Part shown: positions 8,748-17,396 of the stretch, piece by piece | Numbering within the stretch: position 1 is the first letter of the stretch | Layout: the number at the start of each line of letters is the position of its first letter | Virus record (IMG/VR): IMGVR_UViG_3300012971_001434 | Location: 3,013 to 67,012 of that record | Reading direction: 5' to 3' (one strand) | Origin: a virus | Lineage: Duplodnaviria; Caudoviricetes | DNA: 64,000 bases | Notes under the pieces: generated by a model | What the model was told of the DNA's origin: nothing | The model's database searches: none | What the model saw: only the letters and a program-made list of their open reading frames with translations | Program-made: the position numbers and the translations under genes

Positions 8748-9483
8748 GACCCCAGGCATGCTGCACGCCACCGGCTACGTCGACCAGCTGCGGCGCATCG
8801 AGGATGCCTCAGCGGCGGAAGTCGAGCGCATCCAGCACGTCTACCGTGAGATCGAGCGCCGCGATGGGGCGGCCCAGTGGCACGCCGCCCTCTGGTTTCG
8901 CTTCGCCTGCCTGCTCGCCGTGGTGCTCATCGTGGCGGTGAGTGCGGTGGTGTATTTCGCCATGCAGGCCAGCCGGGTGCAGGCGTTCGTGCAGCCGGTG
9001 CAGGTGACGGAGGAGGGGAAGATGGTCCTGGTGGGGGTGCCCAAGGACCTGCTCGACTACCAGCCCGACGATAGCCAGGTCATGGATATGTTGGCGCAGT
9101 ACGTGACCAAGCGGCGCTGGCGCGGGGACGAGGAGGGCTATAAGCGCACGCGTAACGACTGGGCGTGGCTTTACAGACACAGTTGCGGCTTTGGCTCTAA
9201 GCTGCTCGCCAACGACGAAATCAAGGAACTCCCCTTCAAGCCGAGCAAGATGCGGGCCTCCATCGAGATTAAGAGCATCACCAAGACGGCGACGCCCGAG
9301 AGCTGGCAGGTGGTCTGGCATGAGGTCAGTGTCGATAAGCTGGCTTCAACGCTGAAGGAGCAGGACTACGTGGGCACATTTACGGTCGGGAGGATGCGAC
9401 CCAAAACCATGGTCGAAGCGATGGACAACCGCTTAGGTCTCTGCGTCAATGGTGTCGACGTCGCACCGAGGGCCGGGTCATGA
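8731..9483 (+). CDS. trbF: TrbF/VirB8
   Basis: ERRDGAAQWHAALWFRFACL followed by a TM and an NTF2-like periplasmic part; ends DNRLGLCV; GTG 8731 after GGAGG. Confidence 0.85.
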   Translation: METKHETPGMLHATGYVDQLRRIEDASAAEVERIQHVYREIERRDGAAQWHAALWFRFACLLAVVLIVAVSAVVYFAMQASRVQAFVQPVQVTEEGKMVLVGVPKDLLDYQPDDSQVMDMLAQYVTKRRWRGDEEGYKRTRNDWAWLYRHSCGFGSKLLANDEIKELPFKPSKMRASIEIKSITKTATPESWQVVWHEVSVDKLASTLKEQDYVGTFTVGRMRPKTMVEAMDNRLGLCVNGVDVAPRAGS

Positions 9484-10616
9484 TGGCAACGATGATCCCG
9501 ACAGTATGCATGCTGGTCCTGCTCCTTATGGGCTGTGCGAAGGAAGCGCCACCGCTGCCACCCGTGCCCCCAGCGCCCGAGGACCTGAGTACGTGGAGTC
9601 TTCCTGAGCTGGTGCAGCCGCCACCGCCTGAGACACCACAGGCCCAGTCCGCACCACCGGAAAAGCCGACCCCAGCCGAGCAAGTGCTCGACTTTGCCCC
9701 TGGCACCACGTTTAGCCTGACGGTCCCCGTAGGCGCCCCGCTCGACATCGTCATGCAGCGGGGCGAGGAAGTCCGCAACGTGATCGGGGGGGACCGTGCA
9801 CCGGTCGAGGCGAACCAGACCACGCGCTGGGAACTGAAGGAAGGGGCACACGGCGTGGGCGACACCCTCCAGCACCATCTCTTTCTCAGTGCCACCCTGC
9901 CGGGCTTGACCACGGGACTGATCGTCACCACGACGAAACGCACGTATTACATCACGTGTAAAAGTGTCAAGACGTCGCTCATTCGCACGGTGCGCTGGCG
10001 CTACCCAGTGGAGACGACCACCCCCACCCTCACGCTCAAGGTGCCGCCGCTGCTGCCCGATCCGGCGCAGCCGAAGCACTATCATGTGGGGTATGCGTTG
10101 ACCTCCGCCCAGAAGCATGCCCCCGACTGGCTGCCACGCGGGGTGTTTGATGACGGCCGCAAGATGTATGTGGTGTTCCCCGAGATCACGCTGTTTGAAG
10201 TGGCCCCGATGGTGCGGATGGTGGGACCGAATGGCCCGGCCCTGATCAATGCCCGCACCTTTCTCAACGTGCTGATTCTCGACCAGCTCGCCCCGCGCCT
10301 CGAACTCCGGGTCGGGCTCGGCGAGACGGCGGAGGTGGTCAGTATTGCCCGTGGGGCCTTGCGCACGATTGCGTGTCCAGGGGACGAGGCGTGCCCCGTA
10401 TGGCCAGTCGCCGCGCCGGCCCTCGCGCAGCGTTCGCCCCCCGCGCAGCCACTCCCCGGTGCCGTGGGCACCGGAACGGTGTCGCATACCGACAGTCTCA
10501 GCGCCCCCGCCACGTATGCGCAGCCGCCGCAGCTCTACACGCATAGGCCAGCGCCTGGGTCATCACCCGTGCCGCCGCCGCCAGCGACCCCCGCGCCACA
10601 AGGAGCCCAGCCATGA
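9480..10616 (+). CDS. trbG: TrbG/VirB9 with lipoprotein signal
   Basis: LLMGC lipobox; LIVTTTKRTY, VRWRYP, VFDDGRKMYVVFP motifs. Confidence 0.9.
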   Translation: MMATMIPTVCMLVLLLMGCAKEAPPLPPVPPAPEDLSTWSLPELVQPPPPETPQAQSAPPEKPTPAEQVLDFAPGTTFSLTVPVGAPLDIVMQRGEEVRNVIGGDRAPVEANQTTRWELKEGAHGVGDTLQHHLFLSATLPGLTTGLIVTTTKRTYYITCKSVKTSLIRTVRWRYPVETTTPTLTLKVPPLLPDPAQPKHYHVGYALTSAQKHAPDWLPRGVFDDGRKMYVVFPEITLFEVAPMVRMVGPNGPALINARTFLNVLILDQLAPRLELRVGLGETAEVVSIARGALRTIACPGDEACPVWPVAAPALAQRSPPAQPLPGAVGTGTVSHTDSLSAPATYAQPPQLYTHRPAPGSSPVPPPPATPAPQGAQP

Positions 10617-10915
10617 ATACAGAGACGCGTCGCGTCACGCTGCGCTATGGGCTCTGCACCATCCCCGCGGGTCGCACCCTCGACCGGTATCTGTTCAGCG
10701 ATCTGGCGCATGCCAGACGGTGGCTGACGCAGCCCTGCGTGACGGAGTCGGACTATGAGGTCGCCATCGTGCGGGTGGCCAGGAGTACGCGGCGCTGTCC
10801 CGACTGTGGCTATCGGCGGGACATCTGGTTGCACCCGTTTCAACGCCTGACCATCGCGCAGTTCCTCGCGCAGAGCACCGCCTCGCCGGCGCCGCCAGAC
10901 GGAGGCCAGCCATGA
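10613..10915 (+). CDS. hypothetical protein with CxxC
   Basis: 100 aa; ATGA overlaps at both ends. Confidence 0.65.
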   Translation: MNTETRRVTLRYGLCTIPAGRTLDRYLFSDLAHARRWLTQPCVTESDYEVAIVRVARSTRRCPDCGYRRDIWLHPFQRLTIAQFLAQSTASPAPPDGGQP

Positions 10916-11928
10916 CGCGCACCCCGGCCCCCTTTGGCACCCCAGCGACGCGCCTGCATGCGGGCCGTATCCTGCTGGTGCTGTTCCTGCTCGTGGGCGG
11001 CGCCTTCGCCACCTGGGCCTGGATCTTCCACCGCGGTGGTGGGGCCAGGACGACCGAGGCTGAGAAGGGCACCTCGCCGGGTTGGACGGCGGCGCAGATG
11101 CACTACGAGAAGCCAGAGGTCGTCGAGAAAGCGCCCCCACCCCCACCCGTCGACATGACGGCGGCTGAACTGGCGCGGATCAAGGCCATGCTGGCGCAAC
11201 TGGCCGCCGAGCTGGAGGCCCTGAAGAACCGCAAGCCGCCCACGACGACGCCCGTGGTGCAGCAACAGCCGAAGCCCGAGCCACCGAAGAAGGTGCCAGG
11301 CAGCATGCTGTTCGTCAGCCACGAACCGAAGGAAGGGCCAGGAATGCCCAAAGTGGACGAGTATGTGCTGGCACCGGGCGCCACGAAAATTCCGTGCGTG
11401 ATCGAAACGAGCATCAACAGCGATGTGGAGGGCTTTTTTACGGCCCGCGTCTCCAGCAATGTCTACGACACGGCGACAGGCCGACATCTCCTCGTGCCCC
11501 AGGGCTCGACCATTCTGGCGCGGGATCACTCGTTAGACCTGCTCTACGGCAACGAACGCCTGCCCACCACGAGTCTCACGCTGGCCCTGCCGGATGGCCG
11601 CTCGGTCGATCTGGGCAAGGCCCCGGTCACGGACCAGCAAGGTATATCAGGACTAACAGGAAGGGTCAATAACCACTACTGGCGCCTGTTTGGGGCGATC
11701 TTTATTGGCGGGGCGTTGCGGGGCGGCGTCCAGGCGATGCAGACCGGGCTGGCGCAAGCGGCCGGCGTGGGGCAGATCGCGGCAGGGTACGGGAGCGTGG
11801 TCAACCAGGCGCTGAGCCCTCGACTTGGGCGCGCCTTGGACACCAGACCCACGATTGAAGTGGACGCAGGACAAATCTGCAACGTCTTGCTGACCAAGGA
11901 GTTACGACTGCCTGCCATGTGGCAATAG
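10912..11928 (+). CDS. trbI: TrbI/VirB10
   Basis: TM plus Pro-rich linker; LAPGATKIPCVIETSINSD, DQQGISGLTGRVNNHYWRLFG, PTIEVDAG. Confidence 0.93.
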   Translation: MTRTPAPFGTPATRLHAGRILLVLFLLVGGAFATWAWIFHRGGGARTTEAEKGTSPGWTAAQMHYEKPEVVEKAPPPPPVDMTAAELARIKAMLAQLAAELEALKNRKPPTTTPVVQQQPKPEPPKKVPGSMLFVSHEPKEGPGMPKVDEYVLAPGATKIPCVIETSINSDVEGFFTARVSSNVYDTATGRHLLVPQGSTILARDHSLDLLYGNERLPTTSLTLALPDGRSVDLGKAPVTDQQGISGLTGRVNNHYWRLFGAIFIGGALRGGVQAMQTGLAQAAGVGQIAAGYGSVVNQALSPRLGRALDTRPTIEVDAGQICNVLLTKELRLPAMWQ

Positions 11929-11938
11929 GAGCTGGAGT

Positions 11939-12211
11939 ATGTCCCAACGGTGTTGCGCGACCTGCCGCTGGCATGATGTCGAGGGGTTCTATGCCTTCTA
12001 CGGCCAGAACGCGGATGGCATGGGCAATATGGGGTTTTGTCGCAAGGCACCGCCCTTGCCCGATTTCACCCGCTTGATGGGGCCGGTAGTCCAGGACGCC
12101 GACCGCATCGATCTCTTTGTCTTTGCCCTCTGGCCCGAAACAGACGACACCGACTGGTGTGGCGCGTGGGAGGTCCACGCGGAGGAAGCACCGCAAGGAG
12201 ACACGCCATGA
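11939..12211 (+). CDS. Cys-rich phage-type hypothetical protein
   Basis: CCATCRW..GFCRKAPP..WPET..DWCG pattern; GGAG SD. Confidence 0.7.
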   Translation: MSQRCCATCRWHDVEGFYAFYGQNADGMGNMGFCRKAPPLPDFTRLMGPVVQDADRIDLFVFALWPETDDTDWCGAWEVHAEEAPQGDTP

Positions 12212-12564
12212 AGCATCGACCTTCCCCCTATGAGGCCCGCAGCGAGGGCGAACGCCAACGCAACAACGCCCGGCTCGGTACCCGCTGGCAGGAGCGCCCA
12301 CTGACGCACGAGGAACGCCTCGCCCTGGTCCTGGAGCCGCGCCTGAAGCGGGAGTGGTGGGCCGGGTTCTGGTGGGGCTGGCTCTGGGGCGCCCGCTGGG
12401 TCGTGCTGCTGACATGCGGGCTGGCCCTCAGCGGCTGCATGGATGTGGCGCAGTGGCAGCTACGGACCTTCTACGGGCTGGATTGCCGGCAGGAAAAGCT
12501 GGTGGATGGGAAGTGCGTCCCGGTGAAGAAGGGAGGGTCGGATGTCCAAACTGCTCATCCGTAG
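12208..12564 (+). CDS. small putative lipoprotein (entry-exclusion or VirB7 candidate)
   Basis: ATG 12208 after AAGGAG; hydrophobic segment then LSGC and a short mature part with 2 more Cys; directly upstream of trbJ. Confidence 0.55.
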   Translation: MKHRPSPYEARSEGERQRNNARLGTRWQERPLTHEERLALVLEPRLKREWWAGFWWGWLWGARWVVLLTCGLALSGCMDVAQWQLRTFYGLDCRQEKLVDGKCVPVKKGGSDVQTAHP

Positions 12565-13225
12565 TGTGCCTCTTGCCTGTTTTTTTCTGCTTCTTAAGAG
12601 CCAGTTAGCTATAAGTCAATTAGTTGTAATAGATCCGGGGGATATTGCTCAAAATACCATAACAGCAGCACAATCAGTGCTCATAACTATCGAAGAGACG
12701 ATCCAGACGGCACAAGGTGTACTCAATCTGACCCTCCTGGAAAGCATCATCAGCACAGGAGGTATCCTGGAGGATATCGCCCTGCTAGGCCAGCTCATGG
12801 AAGAAGCCTCGCAGATTTCCACCGACTTGAACTCCCTGCAGGCCCAGATCGACACGCTCATGCACTGGCAGACCGCGCCCGACACACGCGATGGGCTGGC
12901 GACCCTCATCGCCCAGTATAAACAACTGAAGCAAGAACTCTACACCTACGCCGCCCGCGTGCAGACGCTGATGCGCACCGCCATCACGACGGTGCGGCAC
13001 ATGCAGATGCTGCTGGAGACGCTGGCGCAACTGGTGGGCAATCTGCAAGGCCAGCAAGTCGTGGCGCAACATGCCGCAGCGATGCACAAGCATCTGGCCA
13101 ACCTCTCCGTGCAGCACGGGGCCTACTATCAGGCGAAGTCCCTGGACCAATTGATGGAGGGGGTGACCATCGAGAGCATCAGGAAGATTCAACAGCGGCG
13201 CATTGAAGACTGGCCCAGCTTCTGA
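12542..13225 (+). CDS. trbJ: TrbJ/VirB5
   Basis: Signal peptide; VVIDPGDIAQNTITAAQS; Gln-rich helical body. Confidence 0.85.
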   Translation: MSKLLIRSVPLACFFLLLKSQLAISQLVVIDPGDIAQNTITAAQSVLITIEETIQTAQGVLNLTLLESIISTGGILEDIALLGQLMEEASQISTDLNSLQAQIDTLMHWQTAPDTRDGLATLIAQYKQLKQELYTYAARVQTLMRTAITTVRHMQMLLETLAQLVGNLQGQQVVAQHAAAMHKHLANLSVQHGAYYQAKSLDQLMEGVTIESIRKIQQRRIEDWPSF

Positions 13226-13233
13226 GGTGAGAC

Positions 13234-14163
13234 GTGCTGACGCTTATTGACGACATCACCGGCGCCTTTATCGCTGCCCTCGCGAACGGCTGGGCCACCC
13301 TCGCCACCTTCACCCTGCCCATCCTGGGCGTGTGTGCGGTCATTAGCTTCTATCGCGAGTACAGCACCACGGTTATGTCGAGCGGGGCCGGGATGGGCGA
13401 TGCCATGGCCCACGGCATCCTGCTCATCTTCGCCTCAGGGTGCTACCTGTTTCTGCTCACCAACCTCTTTCCCATCGCCCAGGCGGCGCTCAACACGGTG
13501 TTCTACTGGGGCCTGCTGGGGGCCGGGGGCGGTGCGACCACCGCCCAACTCCAAGCCCCGTCGTTTATCTTTGAGACCGGTCTCAAGGCCGCCAAAACCA
13601 TTGCCGATTTTGACACGGTGATGCGCTCCGCCGCCACCATGTTTCACCTCGCCAATCACCCTGGGGATCTCCTCGCCTACTGGGCCATCATCCTGGCCTT
13701 TCTCGGGGTCACGCTGCACGTCTCCATGATGCTCATCGAGTTTTACTTAGCTGTCATGCTCTCGTCGGTGCTGATCCCGTGGGGCATCTGGCGTCTGACC
13801 TCGGGCATCGCGGAATTTAGCCTGGGGTGGCTCATGGGGAGTCTCATCCGCGCCCTCGTCACCAGTGCGCTCATTGGCGTGGCGACGCCGACGTTTACCT
13901 TGCTCAATCAGCCCACGGACGCTGGCGGATTCTTTACCTTACCCCAGACGTTTCGCCTCGTAGCGGGCTCCATGCTCTACCTCGTCCTGTGCTGGGTCAT
14001 TCCCGTGCGGGCCGCGACGCTCGCCGGGCAGGCGTCGCTCGGGCTGACCGGGTCGACCTTGCTGAGCGCGGCCATGTCGGGACAGCGCTTTGCGACGATG
14101 GCGTCGAGCGTCACGAGTAGTGCGCGGCGTGTCATTTCACCGCTGGTGAACCGGACCTATTAA
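13234..14163 (+). CDS. trbL: TrbL/VirB6
   Basis: Polytopic membrane protein; LIEFYLAVMLSSVLIPWG; follows trbJ. Confidence 0.88.
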   Translation: MLTLIDDITGAFIAALANGWATLATFTLPILGVCAVISFYREYSTTVMSSGAGMGDAMAHGILLIFASGCYLFLLTNLFPIAQAALNTVFYWGLLGAGGGATTAQLQAPSFIFETGLKAAKTIADFDTVMRSAATMFHLANHPGDLLAYWAIILAFLGVTLHVSMMLIEFYLAVMLSSVLIPWGIWRLTSGIAEFSLGWLMGSLIRALVTSALIGVATPTFTLLNQPTDAGGFFTLPQTFRLVAGSMLYLVLCWVIPVRAATLAGQASLGLTGSTLLSAAMSGQRFATMASSVTSSARRVISPLVNRTY

Positions 14164-14177
14164 CCCAAGGAGACCCC

Positions 14178-14354
14178 ATGATTCCTGCGACGGTCCCTCT
14201 CGTGATTGTCGTCTGTGCGCTCGTCGGCAATGTGCTCGGGAATTATCTCTGGCAGTGGTGGACGGATCGTGACTTCGCGCGGGCCAGCGAGCGGAGTTTT
14301 TATCAGGCCGTGCTGGCACTGACCATTATTCTCGGCCTCTGGTTCGCCCACTAG
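14178..14354 (+). CDS. small 2-TM protein (58 aa)
   Basis: Translated by hand, MIPATVPLVIVV...LWFAH; AAGGAG SD. Confidence 0.6.
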   Translation: MIPATVPLVIVVCALVGNVLGNYLWQWWTDRDFARASERSFYQAVLALTIILGLWFAH

Positions 14355-14365
14355 GAGGAGCCCTC

Positions 14366-14749
14366 ATGACCCGTGAAGAACGTATCGCGTTACGCGAACA
14401 GCGGCTGCAAGAAGCCCTGGCGAAGACCCGCCGCCAGCGTGCCCAACTGGAGTCCCAGCAGCGCACGGCCGAGCGCGCGGCGAGGGCCAAACGCCGCCAG
14501 CGCGTCGGCACCCTGGCCGATGAGGCCGGGCTGCTGGCGTGGGACGACGCGACCCTGGCGCTGCTCTTCCAGGTGCTGGTGGGGCTGCGCTCGACCCCCA
14601 ACCCCATCGCCGTGCTGGAGGCCCTCCTCAGCGATCCGCCCGAGGTGCTGGCGGAGACTGCCGCTGCCGCTGGCCCCTTCCTCCTCGCTTCCTTCCAGTC
14701 AGACTCGTCAGAAGTCTCTGGGGAGGAGAGGGGGCATTTGCTCTCCTGA
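14366..14749 (+). CDS. relaxosome accessory protein (TraC/TraD/MobS-like)
   Basis: Basic coiled coil then RVGTLADEAGLLAWDDATL, like Ti-type TraD; directly upstream of the relaxase. Confidence 0.7.
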   Translation: MTREERIALREQRLQEALAKTRRQRAQLESQQRTAERAARAKRRQRVGTLADEAGLLAWDDATLALLFQVLVGLRSTPNPIAVLEALLSDPPEVLAETAAAAGPFLLASFQSDSSEVSGEERGHLLS

Positions 14750-14810
14750 TCGTGGGAAACAACCTGTGCATTAGGGTTTTCTCGGTGAGGAAGCTCTGAG
14801 GGAGCGCGAG

Positions 14811-16058
14811 GTGGCCCAGCTTTACTTCCACAGAAGCGTCTACAAGAGTGGGAACAAACAGGCCACAGCGAAGGTGCGCTATCTCACCAGGAAGCCTGGC
14901 CATACCCTGAGCCGTGCGGATCAATACGAGCGGTTCATCGCCGAGGGACGCGAAGACCTGTACTATACCCAGACACGCAATCTGCCCGACTGGGCGAGGG
15001 GAAGTCCCCATGTGTACTTTCGAGAGGCCGCCGAGTATGAACGGGCCAATGGGAATGCGTTCGAGGAGTGGAAAATCATGCTACCCCAGGACCTCAGCCC
15101 ACGGCAGAACATGGCGCTCATGCGCGACCTCGTCGACACCATTGCCGGAGACCGGCTGCCCATGACGTATGCCTTCCATTGCCCGACCACCATGGCAGGG
15201 ACCAAGGCGCAGCCGCATCTGCATCTCATCCTCTCGGCCCGACAAAACGATGGGATTGCGCGCACACCCCAGCAATACTTCAAACGCTATAATCGCACGC
15301 ACCCCGAGCGCGGCGGTGCCCCGAAAGACCCGGCCCTGTATCACCTGAAGGCGGTGAAGCAGTGGCGCATCACGATCACCGATGTCGTCAATCTGCACCT
15401 AGAGCGGGCGGGCTGTGAGGGACGAGTCCATCCTGACACGCTGGAAGCCCAAGGGATCGAGCGCACGCCCGAGCCGAAACTCCTGCCCTCCGAGAGCCGC
15501 GCCTATCGGGAGCAGGGCATCGTCAGTCCGCGCATGCAGGAGGTGCTCACCATCCGGGCGAATCGCGAGCGCACCCGTGCCGATGAGCAGGCGAGCGCGG
15601 TAGAGTACTGGGACAGCAGGAAGGCCGAGCTGGGGCTCACCGATACCATGGATCTGCCAGCGCAGCTCACGGTCATTGGTGAGGCGCGAGCCCTGGTGCG
15701 GGACCAAACCCCGGCGCAGCGGCAGGAGCAGGAGGCGCAGCGGCTGCACGAGCGCGGGCAGGAGGCGGCAGACGATGCGTGGCTGGATGCGGTGCTGCTG
15801 TGGGCGGAAGAGACCGGGGCACGGGCGCTGCGTGACATGGGGTGGGAGGCAGTGCAGGAAGCGCGCGAGGTCGGGCAGGAGGGCCTAGAGGCGGGGTTGC
15901 GCCGCGAGCGGGTCGTGGCTCAAGAGTGGGAGGGCGTGGAGCAGGACCTGGCGGCACTGGCCAGGCAGCTCGACGCGCTGGACACGGGGGCTGGACGGAG
16001 CGGGCGCGTGCCGGTCAGGCTGTGGGACAAGGAGCGTGAACAGGGGTGGGGCATTTGA
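14811..16058 (+). CDS. mobA: MobA/MobL (MOBQ) relaxase
   Basis: Tyr24 in AKVRYLTR; ERANG, LPQDL, AFH..QPHLH HUH, DGIART..FKRYNR.HPERGGAPK. Confidence 0.92.
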   Translation: MAQLYFHRSVYKSGNKQATAKVRYLTRKPGHTLSRADQYERFIAEGREDLYYTQTRNLPDWARGSPHVYFREAAEYERANGNAFEEWKIMLPQDLSPRQNMALMRDLVDTIAGDRLPMTYAFHCPTTMAGTKAQPHLHLILSARQNDGIARTPQQYFKRYNRTHPERGGAPKDPALYHLKAVKQWRITITDVVNLHLERAGCEGRVHPDTLEAQGIERTPEPKLLPSESRAYREQGIVSPRMQEVLTIRANRERTRADEQASAVEYWDSRKAELGLTDTMDLPAQLTVIGEARALVRDQTPAQRQEQEAQRLHERGQEAADDAWLDAVLLWAEETGARALRDMGWEAVQEAREVGQEGLEAGLRRERVVAQEWEGVEQDLAALARQLDALDTGAGRSGRVPVRLWDKEREQGWGI

Positions 16059-16073
16059 CAGAAAGGAATCTTT

Positions 16074-16298
16074 ATGATCACGCGACCGTGGCGTCTGCTC
16101 ACCATCGCCGGGCATGAGGTGCTCTTGTGCCTGCTGTGTGATCGCTATAGCGCCAATCCCAATGACATCAAGGCCCTTTTCTGTGGGTATTGTGGCGTAT
16201 GGCTGGCCACGGTCGTCGACGACTACCAGCGCCCGGATGAAGACCTCTTGCCGCCACGCCACGCGGCAGGGCCACCGCCAGAAGGAGGCCGGCCATGA
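16074..16298 (+). CDS. small CxxC/CxxC hypothetical protein
   Basis: 74 aa; AAGGA SD. Confidence 0.65.
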   Translation: MITRPWRLLTIAGHEVLLCLLCDRYSANPNDIKALFCGYCGVWLATVVDDYQRPDEDLLPPRHAAGPPPEGGRP

Positions 16299-16612
16299 CG
16301 TGGCTGATCGCGGCGTGCAGTCTCTGCGTGCTCGCCATGGCGTGCTTTCTCGTCTGGGGTATCACCACGGAATACGCCGCAGCGCTGCCCCAGCCGGGCG
16401 AATACTGGTGTCTCAAGGTGTTGTGGGGGGTAGACGACCCCTTTGAGCCGGCGGAACTCTATAGCCCCGTCCGTATCGTCGAGGTGCGCGCGGGGTGGAT
16501 CCGGTGCACCGATGTGCTCGGCATGGAAGACCGCATGCCCATCGCGGACTTGACGTACGTCCGAGCCCGCTGTCCGATCCAAGACGCGGTACGGCAACCT
16601 CGCGTCCGGTAA
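16295..16612 (+). CDS. membrane-anchored hypothetical protein
   Basis: N-terminal TM; ATGA overlap. Confidence 0.6.
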   Translation: MTWLIAACSLCVLAMACFLVWGITTEYAAALPQPGEYWCLKVLWGVDDPFEPAELYSPVRIVEVRAGWIRCTDVLGMEDRMPIADLTYVRARCPIQDAVRQPRVR

Positions 16613-16693
16613 GTGTGCTATGATGAGCGGGCACGCCAGAGGAGTTGGTCCCCTGGCGCACCCTGACCACACGATCTCGCTGGAGGACATCGC

Positions 16694-16969
16694 ATGGCTA
16701 TTTCAGATCATACCCCGTCCGTCTATGCCTCGCAGGGGCTCTGGCGCTATCAGGGCCGCAATCGCGCCATCACCATCGCCGTGCTGAATGGCGTCTCACC
16801 AGCCAACGTCAGTTCCATCCACAAGCTCCCCGTGCGGCGGATTATGCTGATCGTGCGCAAAGTGCTCGCGGAGGCGAGGCCGGACCTGGTGGACGCGGGC
16901 GGATTCGCCGTGGCGTGGAGCTTGACGCTCACGGAACTGCGGGCACAGCGGGGGCAGTTCGGGCTCTAA
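16694..16969 (+). CDS. hypothetical protein
   Basis: 91 aa; GGAGG SD; upstream extended -10 TGCTATGAT at about 16616. Confidence 0.65.
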   Translation: MAISDHTPSVYASQGLWRYQGRNRAITIAVLNGVSPANVSSIHKLPVRRIMLIVRKVLAEARPDLVDAGGFAVAWSLTLTELRAQRGQFGL

Positions 16970-16983
16970 AACTTCTGTTTGTG

Positions 16984-17013
16984 TTGCAGATATACATCTA
17001 TCTGATGTATACT
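16984..17013 (+). promoter_or_regulatory. promoter with overlapping operator
   Basis: TTGCAG-18-TATACT; inverted repeat TATACATC-N5-GATGTATA; ATG 5 nt after the -10 (leaderless). Confidence 0.6.
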
Positions 17014-17018
17014 AAGCC

Positions 17019-17171
17019 ATGGAACGCATCACCGTTTTTCTCACTGCACAACAAAAGCGCCGTCTTGAGCGTCTTGCAGAGTCATTGGGGCTCAAGTTTG
17101 CGGAATTACTACGCCGACTCCTTGACGAAGCGCTTGACGCCCGCGAAGCGCGCAACCACGCGCGAGAGTAA
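17019..17171 (+). CDS. CopG/RHH repressor (50 aa)
   Basis: Translated by hand: MERITVFLTAQQKRRLERLAESLGLKFAELLRRLLDEAL, a ribbon-helix-helix pattern. Confidence 0.8.
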   Translation: MERITVFLTAQQKRRLERLAESLGLKFAELLRRLLDEALDAREARNHARE

Positions 17172-17177
17172 CCAACT

Positions 17178-17396
17178 ATGGGACGGTTTCTTCGGAGTAA
17201 ACGCCAGCGAGCATTCTTATTCTTTACGGCTAACGGCACATGCCAACTGTGTGGAGAGCCTCTCACGCCAGATTGGCAGGCAGATCATAGACAAGAGTGG
17301 TATATCACGCACCGTACAAACATCTTCGAACTTCAAGCCGTCCATCCCTCGTGTAATCAGGAGAAAGAACGCCAACGAAGGAGAAGGCATCTATGA
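17178..17396 (+). CDS. mini HNH endonuclease
   Basis: CQLC..ADH..N..HPSCN. Confidence 0.8.
   Translation: MGRFLRSKRQRAFLFFTANGTCQLCGEPLTPDWQADHRQEWYITHRTNIFELQAVHPSCNQEKERQRRRRHL

Noticed and set aside
14160-14351. Minus-strand 63-aa ORF from the track
   Set aside because: The plus-strand 58-aa ORF 14178-14354 has an SD, two TMs and operon orientation.
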